From positions 36,272,001-36,336,000 of the forward strand of contig NC_058368.1 of assembly GCF_018350175.1 (NCBI RefSeq): 64,000 bases of DNA, in the 5' to 3' direction. The position numbers and the translations under genes were made by a program. Source of the DNA: Felis catus. Taxonomy: Eukaryota. Below the pieces are notes generated by a model. The model searched no databases and was not told where the DNA came from. It saw only the letters and a list, made by a program, of their open reading frames with translations. Every line of letters starts with the position of its first letter. Within the stretch, counting starts at the first letter, position 1. Below are positions 53,637-64,000 of this stretch, in pieces.

Positions 53637-53806
53637 GACAGAGCATGAGAGGGGGAGGGGCAGAGAGAGAGGGGACCCAGAATCCAAAGCAGGTTCCAGG
53701 TTCTGAGCTGTCAGCATGGAGCCCTACATGGGGCTCGAACTCAGGACCTGTGAGATCATGACCTGAGCCAAAGTGCAACACTTAACTGACTGAGCCACCC
53801 AGGCAC
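53568..53806 (-). mobile_element. Can-SINE
   Basis: Reverse-complement SINE; TSD tggttat(c/t)tt. Confidence 0.95.
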
Positions 53807-53905
53807 ACTGGTTATTTTCTTTTAAAACATAAATATTTTTCAAGGATTTAATCCTCAAGTTTCTAGTAATTTAGCACTAATAAGTTTAGCAGACTTTTTA
53901 AAAAA

Positions 53906-54105
53906 CTTTTTATTTATTGCTGAGACAGAGAGAGACAGAGCATGAGCAGGGGAGGGGCAGAGAGAGGGAGACACAGAATCCAAAGCAGGCTCCGGGCTCT
54001 GAGCTGTCAGCACAGAGCCTGACGCGAGGCTCGAACTCACAGGCTGTGAGATCATGACCTGAGCTGAGGTCGGACACTTAACCAACTGAGCCACACAGGT
54101 GCCCC
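53906..54105 (-). mobile_element. Can-SINE
   Basis: Reverse-complement SINE; no clear TSD. Confidence 0.95.
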
Positions 54106-55240
54106 AATCATGACACAAGCGTTTTAAATCATGACACGAGCATTATAATTACTTATATGAAGAAACTGTACAGGCACTACGCCCACTCCCCTGTGTTGAC
54201 TGTATGCAAAAGGCAGCAGCTACCTAGATCAAATGATATGCTGTGAAAACAGGAAGAAGCTTTGTCATCAGAATGATCTGGACCTTAAAAACAAGAGCAA
54301 TCTGGAAGGCATGTAATAGTAAAAGATATATATATATATATATATATGATATATATATGGCTTATTATCTATGTGATAATGAGCACGATACTTCCCAGAA
54401 TCTCAGTTTCCTTATTTGCAAACACTAGTAACTCATACTAATACTAACGCCTATTTCATGGGATTATTGTGAGGATTTAGTCATATTATAAAGCTAAAGT
54501 TCTTTACATGTATCTGATACATAACAAAAAGTCAGTAACTGGTTGCCTTTAAATAAGGGAGAGCTACTCTTATCCCTTCTAACCAGTACAACTTCTAACA
54601 GATAACTATTTATGAGCCAAGTTGTAAATTGGCTTAAATTTGCTTCTTGAGTGGCCTATATATAATATTCAGTAATATCATTATTTAACACTAATCTTAG
54701 CATAAGAATTTTGAGCTGAGACAGTTTTTTTTTAAATAAATGGGCATGCATTTCTGGATTTCTAAGGAAAAGCCAATAAAACTACACTTACGAAAACTTA
54801 ATTTTTAAATAGATTGCTCAGTAATTGTACTGAGGTGATGGACGAATTCAAAGTGGTAAATATGCTATAACTGTTTATTGCACTAAAATTCCAATGCTGT
54901 AACATTTGCTGTATCATGCGTAAGTAGTATATATTCTGGAAAAAAAAAGTGATGTTAGAACATGAGGTAGTCATGGATGATACTGAATATAGGAATTTAT
55001 TATGGTGTTTAAATTGGTATGTATATACATATTTCTTATTTTACCTGATGCATGTAAAGAGTCAACCGACCTTGTGACAATTTGAAATAATAGACAAAGC
55101 ATCCCAGAAATAAGCTCAGAATTATGTAGCCTGAGTCATGCACAATTTCCTGTAGTGTCAAGTAAAATGAATATGAAGTACATACTTAATGAGCAGAAAC
55201 AAAAACTGATAGCCCTTACAAAGGAAGAATTCTCTTAAGA

Positions 55241-55242
55241 AC

Positions 55243-55273
<31 letters not shown>

Positions 55274-55365
55274 TATATATATATATACACACACATACAT
55301 ATATTCATATATATGGCTATATCCTTATATATATATATATCCTATATTTATTCATATATATATGA
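55241..55365. repeat. Compound (CA)n/(TA)n microsatellite
   Basis: Directly visible. Confidence 0.95.
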
Positions 55366-55413
55366 AAAATATATCAATACCAGTTCTTCCATTTAAAGAA
55401 AATTAATGGTTTA

Positions 55414-55640
55414 GGGGCTTCTGGGTGGCTCTGTCGGTTAAGTGTTCGACTCTTGATTTCAGCTCAGGTCACGATCTCATGGTTCATGAGTTCGAGCCCC
55501 ACATCAGGCTCTGCACTGACAGTGTAGGGACTGCTTGGGATATTCTCTCTCTCCCTCTCTCTCTCCCCTCCCCCCACTCCTATGTGCATACACACACGCT
55601 CTCTCTCAAAATAAACAAACTTAAATTTTTTTTTAATAAA
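55414..55640 (+). mobile_element. Can-SINE
   Basis: Full element; degenerate TSD ending atggttta. Confidence 0.95.
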
Positions 55641-56120
55641 GGAAACTGATGGTTTAAGTAAACTGTATTTATATAGCCATCAATTATCTTTACAAAGATC
55701 TTCAACAGGGAAACTTGACTTGTTAATCAGTTCCAAGACAGGGTCAGTTGAGGGAGTTGGTATTGATACCTAAACCATGCCACAGGCTGGATGGGTGGGG
55801 AGAACAGCATATCTGTTTTCAGCTGGTAAATTTTTATGAAGCATCAAAAAATGAGCTAGCTCCATGTTAGGGGTTGAGATAACTCAGGGTTTGTATAACT
55901 GAATACAGGATACATGAAATATGACAGAGAAAAATGAAAAATGTGTTACTCAACTAAAGAGATATCTTTCTTTGGATTGTAGTCAAAGAAGGCTTGGTGA
56001 GAAAGCACTTGACCTGGGTCTTAAAAGCAAACAGATGCAAGTGGAGGAAAGAGAAGGAGGCATTCTAGGAAAAACATATAAACTTAGAGCTGGCAATAAG
56101 CATGGAATGAATAGGGGCTA

Positions 56121-56665
56121 CATTCCTTAGTTACTGATATTTAACAAATCACCCCCCAACTTAAAACAAGGGCTATTTGCTATTGCCTATTGTTCTAAGG
56201 TTGGCTGGGTGGTTCTGCAATGTGGGCTAGGCTCAGTGTCTCTTAACTGGGCTTGCTGTCAGTTGGACTGCAGTCAATTAGAAGGTCAGCTGGGGGCTGG
56301 CTGGTCTGGAATAACTCACTTACATGTTAGGCTTGATGGTTTGTTGGCTCATTGTTGGCTCAAGTGTCCAAGCTTGTCTCCACACAGTCTTGCATGCTTT
56401 GCCTGGCTACTGTATGTTTCTTCTCATGTATCAGGGGATAGGGGTACAAGAGAGCAAGAGCAGAAGCATGCCAAGGACCCTTGAGGCCTAGACTTGAACT
56501 GGCACTCTATCATTTTTGCCACATTATTTTGGTCAATACGTATCACAAAGCCAGATTGAAGTGGTAGGGAATTAGACTCTACCTCTCAATGGAAGGAGCT
56601 GCAAAGTCACATTGCAAATGGTATAGACTACAGGGAGCAGCCATCTTTGCAAATTGGCTTCCACG
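56121..56665 (-). mobile_element. Old MaLR LTR (MLT1-type)
   Basis: 'taacaaatcacccccaacttaaaacaa'...'ggaggagctgcaaagtcacattgcaaa'-like motifs. Confidence 0.7.
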
Positions 56666-56857
56666 TGGACCAATGTCACTGAAGAATAGAAGCTGTGGGC
56701 AGGGGAGGGGTCGGTTAGGGGGAGGGAGGAAATCCTAAGAATATCTTTTTAGGTAGATGGCTTGGCAAGAGTTCACACTTAAATGTGAGAAGTCAATGAA
56801 GAGACTGAAGGAGATGGGAGGCTGAGTCAGTAATCCTGATAAGAGGTATAAGGGTCA

Positions 56858-57224
56858 TGTCTAAGTCCATTTGGGCTGCTGTAACAATAAACCACAGACC
56901 AAGTGGCTTAGAAACAACAGAAAGTTATTTCACACAGTTTTAAAGCCTGGAAAACCCAAGATTAAGGCACCAGCATGGTTTTATGCCAGTGAAGAGCCTC
57001 TTTCTGGTTTATAGCTTGCACCTTCTCATTGTGTCCTCATAAGGTGGAAGGAACTAGAAAGCTCCAAGGTATCTCTTTTATAAGGGCATGATTCCCATCC
57101 ACAAGGGCTCCACGCTCATGACCTAAACATCTCCCAAAGGCTGCACCACCTAATACTGTCTGTTTTGGAGGTTAAGATTTCAACATATGAGTTATGGAGC
57201 AGCACAAACATTTGGCTCATAGCA
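56858..57224 (-). mobile_element. MaLR LTR (MLT1A/MST-like)
   Basis: TG...CA termini; perfect 5-bp TSD GGTCA (56853-56857 / 57225-57229). Confidence 0.9.
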
Positions 57225-58658
57225 GGTCAAGGACGGAGGCGGTATCGTAAGGATTTTTGTTTTGTTAAAAGCAACTACAAAATAAATGGTTCTATCCTTT
57301 TGAAAATATTTTTGGATATTTTTGAGTTGGTCATGGCTCACAGCTGTATGTTTCTGAACTGTGTCTTTTGCTGCCCATATCTTTGGGCTGCATCCTGTCC
57401 TTGGACTCTGGCAGGTCATGAGTATACAGCATGTGCTGACTCCCCAAAATAGTACCATATCCAGTAAATCTGCTGGTGTGGGCACTTCAGGTGCACATTC
57501 ATCAGCATTCAGCTGTTTGACAACTGAAAGATTTTTTTTATGGTGTTTGTACTCTCTTGAGCTGAAGGAGTTTCCCAGAAGATCTAAAACAAATTCCAAT
57601 CTTGTTTTCCCAGATCCTGTTTGCAACCTTAAATATGCTTACTTTAAAACTAGATCTGTTAAGCACCTTGCTTCATTCTTTTGTTGATGGGACCGCTCCC
57701 GCATGAGACCGTCAACTATGACCTGCCAAACATCATCACGTATTAACCTTAACTCTACTTAGAGCAGTGATGATGGTATCACTTCTAGCAACTCTAGATA
57801 TTACACCAGGTTTAAAAAGAAATGTATTTATAAATATTCTAGATTTATGTGACAGCTAACTACCATAAAAATTATATAAAATAAAACAAATACCATACTG
57901 ATTTTTAAAAATATTTCTTTAGAAAGTCTGAGGGAAAATATAATAATTGAGTTAGGTTTCGCAGAAACCTAAAGAGGTCAGTCTGAGAATTCTTGTCTTA
58001 GGAGAGAAAAATCATTTAATACCAAGTAAAGATTTCAGATACTCATATTTCCCAAACTGATTAAAAAATTTATTGCTTTAATAACTCAAAAGTTCAATTG
58101 TTATTGGCTACCCTGATACAAATACCCCTTGCTTTTTGAAAGTTCACATTATGTCACGTTGCTTTTATAAAAGACCTACATGAGTATGTTTTTGCTAATG
58201 GAAAGAAATCTGAAAAGGATCTTTGCTTTTATGAAAAAAGGTGAAAAGTGAGAATAGCATTCAGCGTTTGTTTTGGAGTGAGCCTTTATAGAGGCAGCAT
58301 TCACTCTTACCAGCAAGAAGGGGACTGCCAAGCTCCTTCCTGGGAACTTCACTCAGCATCAGGCCACTATGGCTTTGAACTGTGTCCGTGAGCATCTGTG
58401 CTTTATCTCAATTTATTTTGTGCATCCGTTAGCAAGATGTGTCCTAAAGTAACAGAAAAGTCTAAGAGAGGTTATTATTTGAGTCTCAGAATGCTCAAAA
58501 TTTTTCCATATAAATTATTGGTGATTGCTTCTTTCCTTGATGCCATTTCAGTTTACAAAACGTTTCATTGGAAGGCTCTACTTTTGGATAGTGGGGGAAA
58601 CCTTTACTTTTTTCAAATGGCCACATGGATTTGCTCTGATGATTTTCCCTTTCCACAG

Positions 58659-58787
58659 ACTTGCAAATCTTCTACACAAAGATTTAATTGCTTCCTATGA
58701 AGGAAGGAGGAGAGGATGAAAACCTGATGTGGAGTTCCAGAAAAACAAAGCATTTATCTCTACTTCTGTCTGTTGAGATGTTTTAAG
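58659..58787 (+). other. Candidate exon D (weak)
   Basis: Branch-like ctgat at 58636, acceptor ttttccctttccacag|; weak donor AAG|GTTAAT at 58787, or ATTAAA at 58827 if terminal. Confidence 0.25.
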
Positions 58788-60137
58788 GTTAATAATTGGG
58801 AACTGCTCATTTTAAAGCCACATTGCATTAAAAAAAGACACATGCTTCCTGCTGATAGGATTTTCAGACTGACTAGAATTTATTATAATTTTATGAGAGA
58901 AAAAACTTAATAGCTCAGCGATCAAATACATTATAAAATAATTTTAGAAAACCTAAGTATTTATAATTTTTCTAATTGTTCCTTGTAAATTTCACTTTCC
59001 CCTCTTGTACAGTTATGTTATCAGGATTTGGAATTTTAAATTGCAGCTTTCATTCATTTTACAACAGTATGATGAACGTTTTATCTTCCCTGGGAATTAT
59101 TATTTCCAGAGGTAATAAGAACACTCATCTGTTATATGGTCTTCATTTCTTGAGTTGTTTTCTATGCATTTTGTTGTCAGCCTAGCAAAATTAATTAGAT
59201 TAATTCCCCAAATTCTAGAGATTATTATTAGATATCAATTAAGCATTCAGAAATGGGTATTTTACATACTAGTTTATAGACTAATTTTAAGAGAAAGTAA
59301 ACCCATCTAGATTCATATATTTTAATGCTTAGTCTTCATAACACACCCTAAAATCTATTAATGTTGTCATTATTTTTCTAGGAATATAGTAGAAAGTCAT
59401 TTATATGTATTTTGAATAAAATGTTAGCAGACCTTAAGCATTATTTTCCTGTTTATCTACATTTTCAAATAGGTCTAAGTACTAGTATACCTTCCAAAAA
59501 AATAAAACTTTAAAAAAGAAAATCACATACTCAAAACAGATTTGGTTGCCCATTCTAAATGGTTGACTGGGATGCCCATCTATTGTTATTTTTTTATTTA
59601 AAAAAATTTATTTTTTGAAATAATTTTCAAAAAAGCCCCATATACACAGTGTAACCATAAAGAAATATAAGAGTTCCCCGACCCACTTCTCAGCCTCCAG
59701 TCTTACTCAACAGAGATACCAACTTCAAACTCAGCTTTTTGTAAAATGTTGGTAGGTGACATTTCCCATCCTCTCTTGCAGTTAGTTACAGTCAGATTGT
59801 CAGTTCAGGCTGACAGAATATGAGCAAAAGTGACGTGAACCACTTCCAGTCCTACCAAAAATCTCGCATGTACTATCCTCAACTTCTAGCTGAATGGAGA
59901 GGACTCTGGGACCTGGAGAGGGGTCCTTGACTCACTATTTGATATTTGATGAAATTGGTTGCCATATTGCTTTCATGTAGACTTTCAGCCATTTCTTACT
60001 CCACAAGAAGGAATAAGTCATCTCCCAATAGGTGACTTTTTACCTCTGCTATCATGTAAAAAAATGTAAAACTGGTTTTTAAAAATGTATCATCAGATTT
60101 AATAAAATTGTGTCCCAAATTGAGTATTGCATGTCTT

Positions 60138-60215
60138 ATTTTATCTTATTTTTTATTTTTATTTGAGAGAGAGAGAGAGCCTAGGAGTGGGGGAGAGGGG
60201 CAGAAGGAGAGAGAG

Positions 60216-60269
<54 letters not shown>

Positions 60270-60404
60270 TCTTAAGCAGGATCCATGCTCAGTGCGGAGC
60301 CTAACTTGGGGCTCGATCCCATGACCCTGGGACCACGACCTGAACATCAATCAAGAGTCAGTTGTTCAACTGACTGAGTCACGCAACAACCCCCCCCCCC
60401 CCCC
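60138..60404 (-). mobile_element. Can-SINE with long (GA)n and a C15 run at its head
   Basis: Reverse-complement SINE; flanking repeat catgtctta. Confidence 0.92.
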
Positions 60405-60486
60405 GCCACCACTTCATGTCTTAAATGTAGCTGAAAAATAGTAAAGGTTTGCTTTATGGAGTTCTTTGTTTTAAAAATTCTTGCTA

Positions 60487-60710
60487 GGGACACCTGGGTG
60501 GCTCAGTCAGTTAAGCATCCTATTCTTGATTTCAGCCCAGGTTATGATCTCATGGTCATGAGACTGAGCCCTGCATCAGGCTCAGCACTGAGTGTGGAGT
60601 CTGCTTAAGATTTTCTTTCTCCCTCTCTCTTTGCCCCTTCCCTGATCACACACTTGTGTGCTCTTTCTCTCTCTCTTAAAAAAGAAAAAGGGAAATGAAA
60701 AAAAAAAAAA
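60487..60710 (+). mobile_element. Can-SINE
   Basis: Head, CT body, A tail. Confidence 0.93.
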
Positions 60711-61172
60711 GTCCTGTGAATCGCAATGGCTTCACTGATATCCCAAGGAACAATACACATTCATGGTGGAATTAGTTGCTAATATTAGATGCAAATCCAT
60801 ACTTCAAGTAGTCCTACTCTTCATTTTGATTTATTTTTAACCAACGTGGAGTCAGCTCTTGGAATCATTGTTTGGATGTCACTGTGCGACTATCAAGAGT
60901 TCACTCCAGGAGTAGAAACACTCTTGCAAACGCTTTTTGTTCACTTGTATTTACATACATACCTAGTGTTTTTAATCAGTGGCTTGTGCATAGGAATCCT
61001 TTGAAGCCACTTGTTCATTTCATGAAGATGAATTAGCATTAGATTATATAACCCAGATATCCACTGAAAAATATACTGTAACTGCAGTATGTAGCTGTAA
61101 GTTGAAATTTGACGTAGAATAAAAGGTGTCACTGCCAATGCCTCCAAATTATAGAATGCCTCTCCTGCCCCT

Positions 61173-61265
61173 CCTCACATATGACACATGTCAACTGTCT
61201 AGCAGACAGACTGAGACAGTTACCTCACATATTACACATGTCAACTGTCTAGCAGACAGACTGAG
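61173..61265. repeat. 43-bp direct duplication with a 7-bp spacer
   Basis: cctcacatat(g/t)acacatgtcaactgtctagcagacagactgag at 61173-61215 and 61223-61265. Confidence 0.97.
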
Positions 61266-61404
61266 TGAAGGGGCCAGAGTTGATCTGTACATTATCATAG
61301 CAAAGTTTAATTTTCTAACTTTTTGATAAAGAGTATAAACGTAAGTTCTAACATTTTCTTCCCTCACTCCAAAGGAACGTTTCCATATCCACTGTAAAGA
61401 CTCA

Positions 61405-61584
61405 TGCACTCTAAACCTCTGCTGTTGACAGAGTGGTCCACGGACCAGTAGTATCAGCATTGTCATCCAGAGGCCTGTTAGAAAGGTAGCATCTCAGACT
61501 CCTCCCCAAACCTAACACATCAGAACATGTATTTTAGCAACATCCCAGAAGAATCATATGTACATTAAAGTTTGAGAATCACTG
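61405..61584. mobile_element. MER5A-like MITE
   Basis: 'gtggtccacggaccagtagtatcagcat'...'cattaaagtttgagaatcactg'. Confidence 0.8.
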
Positions 61585-63143
61585 GTTGTAAGTCTCTGCC
61601 TAGGGCACTGAAACCTGGGAGCTGGCGTTTAGAACATAGAAAATAAACTTTTCTTTGTGCATTTTCCATTTCGTGCCCTTACTTTCAGTTCTCTGTCTCA
61701 CCCTCATCAGTGGCTCTATCTAGTGTCCCCCAAGGGCCCAGCTTTACCTGGTCAATTTCTTCAGAAATGAGATTTTTCTAGAGGCATCATGGTTTTCCAA
61801 GCCATAGTATCTCATGTAGATTCTTTTTCCTCTGCCTGACATTTCTTTCCCAACCCTTCTCTCCTTGAAAGGTTTTGTCCTTTCAAGACCCAGTTCAAGA
61901 AGCACGATCTTGGGAACATTTTCTGTGGCCTGCCTCCCTCTCTGTCCCTGTAGTGCCACCAACCCACAAAACAACACAAATACCTTTTTTGGGGGCACAA
62001 ATCTCACCCCGTGCTCACCTCCAGCTTTTCACAGCCCTTGGTCATTGCTACCTTATCCTTCTCTTAAACAGAGCTGTAAGCACTTCATGTCCTTTGCTCC
62101 CCCAACACTTAGCACAACAGCCCAAGATGTTCTTAGTAAATATCGGTCAGATAAATGTGTCTGAACTGACCTGGAATCTTTAGCAGCTCTCTCACCTGTA
62201 GTGAAAACAAAAGTACCCTACAGAAGTATCTTCAGTGATGCCCCAATACTGTGAAAAATTTCCCTGAGCTTCTTCCGCTCTGGGTAGGATTTCTGCTACC
62301 CCTGGTTTCTGACTTGCAGCTCACATCTGGACTTTGCCTCTTAGCTTAGACTTCTTGGAATGCAGCTAGTTGGATTGCCTGCCTAACTTTCTATTTCATA
62401 TTGAGCCCCAAGTGCTGATTCTCAATACAAGTACAGCAATAGACAACACATTGTAAGCTCCTCTTATCCCAGCCCATATGCAAATTCTGGCTTGTGCAAG
62501 AGTTCAGTCAGAACAAATGGACGAGTTACCTTCAGAAAAAGCTATACTGTGCAAATGGGCTGTTGGTTTTTGTTTTATTTTGTATTGTTTTGTTGCATGC
62601 AGTTTGTTTTCTCTTTGGTTTTTGCCAGAAATAACACAGTATTTATGTGACCTTGTATTCTTTACAATGGCATTTTATAGTGAATGGGAAATTGTCATTC
62701 ATTCCCTCCCAGTATGACGCCAGGCCACACGTGTGTGATAGAATTTTTTTCCCCCGGGCTTTTTACAGGATTATATGAAATGAACATGACATTTTTGCTT
62801 TATTCTAGATAGTGTATCACAAGATGATCCTAAAGTTGCTATTCTCAACCTGAGAAGATTATGCAAGGAGAATTTACCATTTTGAATATAGTCTATTAAT
62901 TTCTAACTCAGTGACCTATTTCTACTGTAGTAATAAATGCTAAAAAATCATTAGCTTAAATTAGCCTTTGTGTCTTATGTTTACACTTTTTTTTTTGATT
63001 CACAATATAGTTCAACTGAAATAGTAACTGAATGAGTTAGTGAACTGACAAGTGATACAAGAGACTACCCAGGCTGATACCCTCTCTTTTTTTCTTTTTG
63101 AGACAACTATAAATCCACACATAGTTTTAAAAAAAAAAATGCA

Positions 63144-63382
63144 GGGGCGCCTGGGTGGCTCAGTCGGTTGAGCGTCCGACTTCAGCTCAGGTCACGATCT
63201 CACGGTCCGTGAGTTCGAGCCCCGCGTCAGGCTCTGGGCTGATGGCTCAGAGCCTGGAGCCTGCTTCTGATTCTGTGTCTCCCTCTCTCTCTCTCTGCCC
63301 CTCCCCCATTCATGCTCTGTCTCTCTCTGTCTCAAAAATAAATAAATATTAAAAAAAATTAAAAAAAATAAAATAAAAAAAA
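63144..63382 (+). mobile_element. Can-SINE (SINEC_Fc type) inserted in an L1
   Basis: CpG-rich head; TSD aaaaaaaatgca. Confidence 0.96.
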
Positions 63383-63384
63383 TG

Positions 63385-64000
63385 CAGAGAGGTCCAGTGT
63401 ATCCCTTATCCAGCTCCCCCGAAAGGTAACCACTCACAAAACTAAAATCCAATGTCATAATCAGGATATTAATATTGATACAGTCAAGTTACTGAACACT
63501 TCCATCATGTATATTTCATGTTGACTTTTATAGCCACTTCCTTCCACCATCACCCACTCCTTAACCCCACAGCAACTGATCTGTTCTTCATTTCTGTAAT
63601 GTTGTCGTTTGAACAATGTTGTAGAAATCTAACCTTTTGAGATTGGCTTTTTTCCACTTAGCATAATTCTCTGGAGAGTCATCCAATTGTTAGATATATC
63701 AACGGCTTGTTCCTTTGTCTTGCTGAGCAGCATTATTTGCTATGGATGGGCCCACAGTTTATTTACTTCCTCACTCACTGAAGGGCATCTGGACCGTTCC
63801 CAGCTTTTGTCTATCATGAAGAAAACTGCGATCTACTTTTGTGTACAGGTTTTTGTTTTTGTTTTTGTTTTTGTTTTGTATAAACATAAGTTTTCATTGT
63901 TCTGGGATAAATGCCCAGGAGTGTAATTGTTGGGTCATATGGTAGTTGCATGTTTATTTTATTTTTTTTAAGAAACTGCCAAGCTGTTTTCCAGAGTGAA
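63385..64000 (-). mobile_element. Old L1 3' region (runs off window)
   Basis: 'gggtcatatggtagttgcatgttt...aagaaactgccaagctgttttccagagtg' antisense L1. Confidence 0.9.

Noticed and set aside
57192..57626. 144-aa minus-strand ORF starting with QTGSGKT (P-loop look-alike)
   Set aside because: It starts at TTG. The residue needed for [AG]xxxxGK[ST] is Leu, no other NTPase motifs follow, and the C-terminus runs into an LTR.
57683..57716. Small CpG-containing stem-loop
   Set aside because: Only an 8-bp stem with a wobble; no ncRNA family features.
1..64000. CRISPR arrays, true tRNA/rRNA genes, operons, numts, CpG islands
   Set aside because: None seen. tRNA-like sequences are SINE heads, and CpG enrichment is mostly confined to young SINEs.

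Overview
Mammalian nuclear DNA from a felid, judged by the diagnostic SINEC_Fc-type Can-SINEs and carnivore L1 3' ends. It looks like intronic or intergenic sequence. Most recognisable content is transposon-derived: 26 Can-SINEs, many L1 fragments, MLT1 LTRs, one solo ERV LTR with TSDs, DNA-transposon relics, MIR/L2/CR1/RTE relics and microsatellites. I cannot name a protein-coding gene. Most ORFs in the track are SINE or L1 artefacts, or chance ORFs. The most promising unexplained signal is a set of short + strand exon candidates (1781-1837, 25084-25130, 50808-50858, weaker 58659 onward) that splice in phase into a 71-aa ORF; this is unverified. There are also several repair or retrotransposition scars: templated inverted insertions and a chimeric inverted L1. 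Repeat subfamily names come from my recollection of consensus sequences and need RepeatMasker confirmation. Boundaries of old elements are approximate. I found no strong evidence for a wholly new biological system.
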